Shown one piece after another: positions 59,901-64,000 of a DNA stretch of 64,000 nucleotides. A model generated the notes under the pieces. That model ran no database searches and was not told where the DNA came from. It saw nothing but the letters and a program-made list of their open reading frames with translations. Source of the stretch: Gemmatimonas sp. (GTDB lineage: Bacteria > Gemmatimonadota > Gemmatimonadetes > Gemmatimonadales > Gemmatimonadaceae); NCBI GenBank assembly GCA_965279375.1, contig OZ257156.1, forward strand, positions 736,001 to 800,000, given 5' to 3'. Both the position numbers and the translations under genes were made by a program. Within the stretch, counting starts at the first letter, position 1; each line of letters begins with the position of its first letter.

Positions 59901-60439
59901 ACCGTCGCGACCGCGGGCGCGGTGCTCGCCCATTGAATGACGCGTCCCGGCAACGTGTTGCCTGCCGCATCTCGCGCCACCGCGGTCAATTGCGACGGCG
60001 CCTTGCCGAGGGTCAGCTGCGTCGCGCTTGGCGTCACCACGACCGCTGCAACCGGCGTGCGCACCACGACCGACGCGCTGCCGCTACGCCCATCGATATT
60101 GGCGGTCACGGTCGCCGTACCGTCGCTCACGCCGGTCAGGACGCCGCCGGACGATACGGTCACCACACTCGGCGCGGACGATGTCCACGTCACCGAGCGG
60201 CCGCTGATGGCGGCACCACTCGCTTCGCGCGCCGTCGCCGTGAGCGGCGTCGATTGACCCGGCGCCATGTTGACGGTGAGTGGCGCTACATCGACTGTGG
60301 CTACGACCTTGGGCGCGGCCGATTCGCCACCGCCACACGCGGCCAATGCCAGCAGCGCCGCCGTCATCGACACGCGGCGCGCCAGCCGATGTCCGACGAG
60401 ACCCGAGGCGCGTTTCAGCTCCTGTCCCATGTAATGCAT
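56918..60439 (-). CDS. Large lipoprotein: Ig-like (Big_2) x3, PPC-like x3, M66-like zinc metallopeptidase
   Basis: LAAC lipobox; W.SS.P.V.TV repeats; AFDAY..EDDDGGG..LPAGRY repeats; AHEMGHTLSLRH..DIMTY; start 60451, 60439 or 60430. Confidence 0.85.
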   Translation of the reverse strand: MHYMGQELKRASGLVGHRLARRVSMTAALLALAACGGGESAAPKVVATVDVAPLTVNMAPGQSTPLTATAREASGAAISGRSVTWTSSAPSVVTVSSGGVLTGVSDGTATVTANIDGRSGSASVVVRTPVAAVVVTPSATQLTLGKAPSQLTAVARDAAGNTLPGRVIQWASTAPAVATVSQTGLVTAVAAGTATINALSEGATGTAAITVIQDPCTVVRALTYGSSVNGTLAAADCKLSDNTATQAYEFTLPVAAKVEVVLTSTAFDAYVFLADASGKVIAEDDDGGGGTNARIMRILPAGRYIVLANTYDANTFGAYQLTARAAPTACTNGRQTQIQTTVPANLATTTACRLNDNSYEDRYDIVVTTKYNMAAELTSSQFDPILFILDEQERIVAQDDDSGAGTDAALEVLLEPGRYTVLARGYPNRVGAYRLSLGPAIDPCAVTKTVSVGQTIQSTFTTKDCAISDNGGPRRYFQRFGMVLGATSSVQFDMLSSAVDAYLVLQNAQTGAVVAENDDAPTGNTTNSRIVANLPAGQYIVNATTFNAGETGLFLLGVSGIPVTSINLTASPTNANLQTGQTLQATATISGTTNTAIQWASGNSNIASVSPTGLIRAVGAGQTNITVTSLADPAKVATIPVTVAQSTTTNLDIPAVYFVQATQVPDGRIPLVADRGAVARVFVRGSRTGLTPAAVRLRMLQGTTVLGTFNGTATPSLNLDEGCCSANFVIPSSMVKAGVTFLAEVDPDNAVAESAENDNQFPLNGTAQALNVVTVPPFNLRLVPVQQNRNGPVGVATTTLLTYFRSMWPLNTINVAARAPLVIDYTIGTQSFDDWGRLVRDIEILRQTEGTTSYYFGLVRTTGRSGVLGLANGIPARAAIGVDEGSDFGAEESQLTFAHEMGHTLSLRHSPCGGAAGPEPTYPFADGRTGTYGMDLFNNNALQPPTANDIMTYCRPYWVSAFNYRKVMDFRQANPNGVGISAPTSVLLVSGDIVNGKLSLDPAFSMTTSPAKDDASGRYVIEGFDAKDRVLFSHRFTPYGVDDAAAGTEAFVVAVPVAEGVQAQVARLGVREVRGTKSSMRTNMRDTGPLNASSMDVQTTTLSGARMQMTWSPSRVPAIMVRDRRTGDVLALARNGSLDLSQFGAPDRLDLLISDGVKSAKATIDPFTGAIRQ

Positions 60440-60653
60440 GATGTGATGCATGCTCCTGACTCACCGCGTGAGAGTGTGCCTTCCGTTTCGCGCTCGATCC
60501 CTGGCGACACCGGACCAGCCGAGGGCGAGAATCGTTGCGACCTCTAGTACGCGCAGAATTCACCCAGAAAGTGTCACGCCATCGATTTCAGGAATAGAGC
60601 GCGTCCGAATTGCCCACGGGCAGAGGTCGGTTGACCCCCTGCCGCTCCCCGGG

Positions 60654-62123
60654 TCAGTGGCCGCCGCTGCCGTGGGCGTCGGTCAGGTCGATCCCGATCA
60701 CGGTGACGACGATGTTGCGGTGATGCGCATCCTCCACGAAGGTCGCCAGCACCTCTTTCACGTCGTGGTCGATGTACTCGCCGGTGCCGTCGATGATCAC
60801 CTCTTCACCGTCATCCACCTCGTCGAGCGTGGAGACGATGCCCGGCTTCGAGACGAAGGTCCCGTCCCGCCGAAATCGCATGCGCCAGATACCGGCGTCG
60901 TCCTTGACGGCCACCACGGCCTGCTTCGAGTTCTCGTACAGCACGAAACAGATGCCGGTGACGATCCCGACGATGACGCCCTTGAGCAGATCGAGGGTGA
61001 GCACGGCGGCCACCGTGACCGCGAACGGCAACAGCTGCGTGATGCCGAGCTTCACCTGCGTGCTGAAGAGGGCCGGCTTGCACAGGTTGAGCCCCACCTG
61101 AATGAGCACCGCCGCGAGACAGGCGAGTGGAATCAGCTTGAGCAGCGGACCGGCAAAGAGCACCGCCACCAGCAGCAACCCCCCGTGGACGAGCGCTGAG
61201 AGGCGCTCGCGCGCGCCGGCCGTGACGTTGGCTCCGCTGCGTACGATCACCGCGGTGACCGGCAAGCCGCCCAGAAATCCCGACACCATGTTCGCCGTCC
61301 CCTGCGCCAACAGCTCGCGATCCAGCGGACTGTGCCGCTTGAGCGGGTCCAGCCGATCGATTGCCTGCAGCGACAGCAGCGTCTCGATGCTGGCCACGAT
61401 CGCGACGGTTCCGGCGGTCGTCCACACGTCGAGGCTGGTGATGGCGCCGAAATCCGGACGCGGCAGTGCGCGGTACAGCGCACCGATGCCGCCCAGCGGC
61501 ACGTTCACGAATTGCGCGGGCGAGAGCGCCAACGCTGCGTGGCCGCGCAATGCCACCGCCAGCCCGCTCGCGACGAGTACGACCACCAGCGCCGGCGAAA
61601 TGAGCCGGTGCTTCGCAAAGGGTGTGAACTTCCACCCGTACAGAATCAGCAGCGACATCGCTGCGATCAGGGTCGCGCCGGCGTTCATCTGATCCTTGAT
61701 GAGCGCGAGTCCGCCGCTCACGCCGAACGCCACGGGTAACTGCTTGAGCACGATGGTGATGCCGATCGCCGCGAGCATCCCCTTGATGACGGCCGTCGGC
61801 ACCAAGGCCGCGAAGCGTCCCGACCGCAGCGCGCCCAGCACGAGCTGCATCCCGCCCGCGAGGATTGTCGCCAGGAGCAGCGCTTGAATGCCGCCCGGCT
61901 TCTGCGATTCCACCAGCACGATGGACGTCAGCCCGGCCGCGGGCCCAGACACCGACAGCGGTGACCGGCTGATGAGGGGCACCACCAGCCCACCCACAAT
62001 GCCCGCCACGAGCCCCGACACCGGCGGCATGCCGCACGCGATGGCAATGCCAAGACAGAGCGGCAACGCGACCAGGAAGACGACCGCTCCAGCGACGAGG
62101 TCTTCCTTCGGGTGGCCGAACAT
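60654..62123 (-). CDS. SulP family anion transporter
   Basis: DLVAGAVVFLVALPLCLGIAIA, SGPAAGL, RELLAQG.ANMVSG..GGLPVTAVIVRS; alternative start 62141. Confidence 0.92.
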   Translation of the reverse strand: MFGHPKEDLVAGAVVFLVALPLCLGIAIACGMPPVSGLVAGIVGGLVVPLISRSPLSVSGPAAGLTSIVLVESQKPGGIQALLLATILAGGMQLVLGALRSGRFAALVPTAVIKGMLAAIGITIVLKQLPVAFGVSGGLALIKDQMNAGATLIAAMSLLILYGWKFTPFAKHRLISPALVVVLVASGLAVALRGHAALALSPAQFVNVPLGGIGALYRALPRPDFGAITSLDVWTTAGTVAIVASIETLLSLQAIDRLDPLKRHSPLDRELLAQGTANMVSGFLGGLPVTAVIVRSGANVTAGARERLSALVHGGLLLVAVLFAGPLLKLIPLACLAAVLIQVGLNLCKPALFSTQVKLGITQLLPFAVTVAAVLTLDLLKGVIVGIVTGICFVLYENSKQAVVAVKDDAGIWRMRFRRDGTFVSKPGIVSTLDEVDDGEEVIIDGTGEYIDHDVKEVLATFVEDAHHRNIVVTVIGIDLTDAHGSGGH

Positions 62124-62267
62124 CGAGGGGTGACGATGCATGCGAGCGTGTCTGAGGCGAGCCATCTCACGCTGCGATTCCCGCCAGCGTGGCACATCCT
62201 TCCATGCGCACCCTATTCTTTCTCACACACGACTGCAACTACACGCCTTCATTCGGTCCGGACTCGC

Positions 62268-63107
62268 ATGAACGACCTCACGATCCACAATGGCGACCTT
62301 GCGCTCGCTGCATCCGTCTTCGGCGCCCCGGACGCGCCCCCTGTGCTGCTGCTGCACGGTATCAGCAACAGTCGGGATGTGTGGTATGACTGGGCGGTCG
62401 AACTGCAGGATCGCTACCGCGTCTTCACGCTGGATTTCCGCGGACATGGCCATTCGGCGCGTGCGCCGCGCTATTCCATCGAGGACTACGTGTCCGACGC
62501 GGCAGCGGTCCTCGACGTCATCGGCGTTCCCACGCGTGTCGTCGGCCACTCGCTCGGCGGCGTTGTGTCGGGCGTCCTCGCGCAGCGCGGCCACCCGCTC
62601 ATGCACTCGGCGCTGCTGGTGGACCCGGCCTGGTACTTCGGCATCGAAGCGGAATTCCAGCGCACGGTCTATCCACGTCGTTTCGCGCTGCTGACCGGCC
62701 TTGTCGAGAAGCTGCGGGCAGAGCGAGCGCCGCTGAACGCGTGGGTGGATGCGGTAGCGCATACGCCGCATCCCGCGGGAGGCGTCTTCGCCGACCACAT
62801 GCCCTATCGCCAGCTGTTGAGCCACGGCTCCGCCCTGCATCGGTGGGATGTGGCCGTGCTGCAGCGCTCGATGACGGAGGTCTTCGCGTCGGTGGACTAC
62901 GCCCAGCCGTTCCAGCGGCCAACCCACCTTATTCACTGCGACGACGCGCTAGGCGCGGCGTTCCATCTGCGACACGCCGAGCTGCTGAGCGCGATCAATC
63001 CCGGGCTCGTGGTCACGCACTATGCGGGATCGGACCACTTCCCCCTGCGCACAACGGCATTCGCGCCGCGATTCCGGCGAGACCTGGAGGGGTTTCTTCG
63101 GGCGTAG
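62268..63107 (+). CDS. Alpha/beta fold hydrolase
   Basis: LLLHG, DFRGHGHS, GHSLGG, C-terminal His (SDHF). Confidence 0.88.
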   Translation: MNDLTIHNGDLALAASVFGAPDAPPVLLLHGISNSRDVWYDWAVELQDRYRVFTLDFRGHGHSARAPRYSIEDYVSDAAAVLDVIGVPTRVVGHSLGGVVSGVLAQRGHPLMHSALLVDPAWYFGIEAEFQRTVYPRRFALLTGLVEKLRAERAPLNAWVDAVAHTPHPAGGVFADHMPYRQLLSHGSALHRWDVAVLQRSMTEVFASVDYAQPFQRPTHLIHCDDALGAAFHLRHAELLSAINPGLVVTHYAGSDHFPLRTTAFAPRFRRDLEGFLRA

Positions 63108-63189
63108 CGGTCGGAGCGCCAGAAGGACCCTGGCCGCCCGAACCGGGCTGCCACCTCGCTGAAACCGCCCGAAACCCCGTTGCGTAGGC

Positions 63190-63219
63190 TGATACTGAAG
63201 TGATATCACTTCACTATCA
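63190..63219. promoter_or_regulatory. 30-bp palindromic operator centred on TGATATCA
   Basis: TGAAGTGATATCACTTCA perfect 18 bp (63196-63213), extended by TGATA/TATCA. Confidence 0.7.
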
Positions 63220-63240
63220 CACCCCTCCACGAGGATTTCG

Positions 63241-64000
63241 ATGCTTCGCGAAACCGATGCCCGTCCCACAGCGGGTATTCCCGTAGCGCTTCTGCTGGTC
63301 GCTGGCTTTGCCGCCAGCCTTTACGTCCTGATCACCGGTATCGATTCCGGTCAGAAGTTGATGGCCGCCGGTGGTGCGCTGCTGCTGCTCACCTGCACCG
63401 TGATGACCGCGGGCTTCTTCATGGTGTCGCCCAACGAAGGCAAGGCGCTCACCCTCTTTGGCAACTACAAGGGGACCGTGCGCACGTCGGGGCTCTGGTA
63501 CACGAACCCGTTCATGACCAAGAAGGGGATCTCGCTCCGCGTACGGAACTTCGAGACGGCCAAGCTCAAGGTGAACGATGCCCGGTCGAACCCGGTGGAG
63601 ATCGGCGCCATCGTGGTCTGGAAGGTGATCGACACGGCCGAAGCGATGTTCGAAGTGAACGACTACGTCGAGTACGTGTCGATGCAGAGTGAGTCGGCGT
63701 TGCGTGCACTGGCCACGGCGTATCCGTACGACAACCATGGTTCCGATGACGTCGCGCTGAGCACGCACACCACGGAAGTGTCCAAGGCGCTTATGGACGC
63801 GTTGCACGAGCGCTTTGCGAAGGCCGGCGTGGAAGTGATCGAAGCGCGCATCAGCCACTTGGCGTATGCGCAGGAGATCGCGGCGGCGATGTTGCAGCGA
63901 CAGCAGGCCGGTGCCATAGTCGCGGCGCGTCAGACGATCGTGGAAGGCGCGGTCGGTATGGTGGAGATGGCGCTCGACTCGTTGTCGGCGCGGCAGATCG
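63241..64000 (+). CDS. SPFH/band-7 domain membrane protein (3' end outside window; absent from ORF track)
   Basis: GAGG RBS; manual translation: 2 TM, PNEGKALTLFGNYKG..KLKVND..SESALR..EARISHLAYAQEIAAAMLQRQQA. Confidence 0.92.
   Translation, partial: MLRETDARPTAGIPVALLLVAGFAASLYVLITGIDSGQKLMAAGGALLLLTCTVMTAGFFMVSPNEGKALTLFGNYKGTVRTSGLWYTNPFMTKKGISLRVRNFETAKLKVNDARSNPVEIGAIVVWKVIDTAEAMFEVNDYVEYVSMQSESALRALATAYPYDNHGSDDVALSTHTTEVSKALMDALHERFAKAGVEVIEARISHLAYAQEIAAAMLQRQQAGAIVAARQTIVEGAVGMVEMALDSLSARQI

Noticed and set aside
62190..62205. sigma54 promoter (TGGCAC) before the alpha/beta hydrolase
   Set aside because: The -12 GC is missing at the required spacing
63217..63858. 213-aa minus-strand ORF
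   Set aside because: Antisense to the real SPFH gene, which the ORF track misses because its stop is outside the window

Overview
GC-rich, gene-dense 64 kb chromosomal segment. Gene content (PEP-CTERM protein, DUF1592/DUF1552 cluster, three VPS10-type propellers, many Sec/Tat-exported hydrolases, HDOD protein) suggests a Gemmatimonas-like diderm bacterium; this taxonomy is inference. About 47 CDS were called from recognisable motifs without database searches. No rRNA, tRNA, CRISPR array, integrase or intact IS was seen. The window is dominated by exported peptide/amide hydrolases (GGT, penicillin-acylase-like, tricorn S41, peptidase E, amidohydrolase, two Zn-peptidase lipoproteins) and periplasmic redox modules (GMC + gamma subunit, SoxCD-like pair, DUF1592-DUF1552-ankyrin). 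Best leads: (1) a PEP-CTERM protein behind a sigma54 promoter whose only Cys plus two further motifs match a Cys-Gln thioester (TED) covalent-adhesin domain; (2) a His/Cys-rich leader ORF ending in NGPP ahead of a TonB receptor-TlpA-BNR cluster, resembling the copper-responsive DUF2946/CruR stalling attenuator; (3) a multi-stem 5' leader RNA abutting the RBS of an ankyrin gene; (4) two long rod-like intergenic hairpins; (5) several palindromic operators; (6) a one-base homopolymer frameshift in the dehydrogenase gamma subunit; (7) GNAT-2H and HDOD-GAF-HTH fusions.
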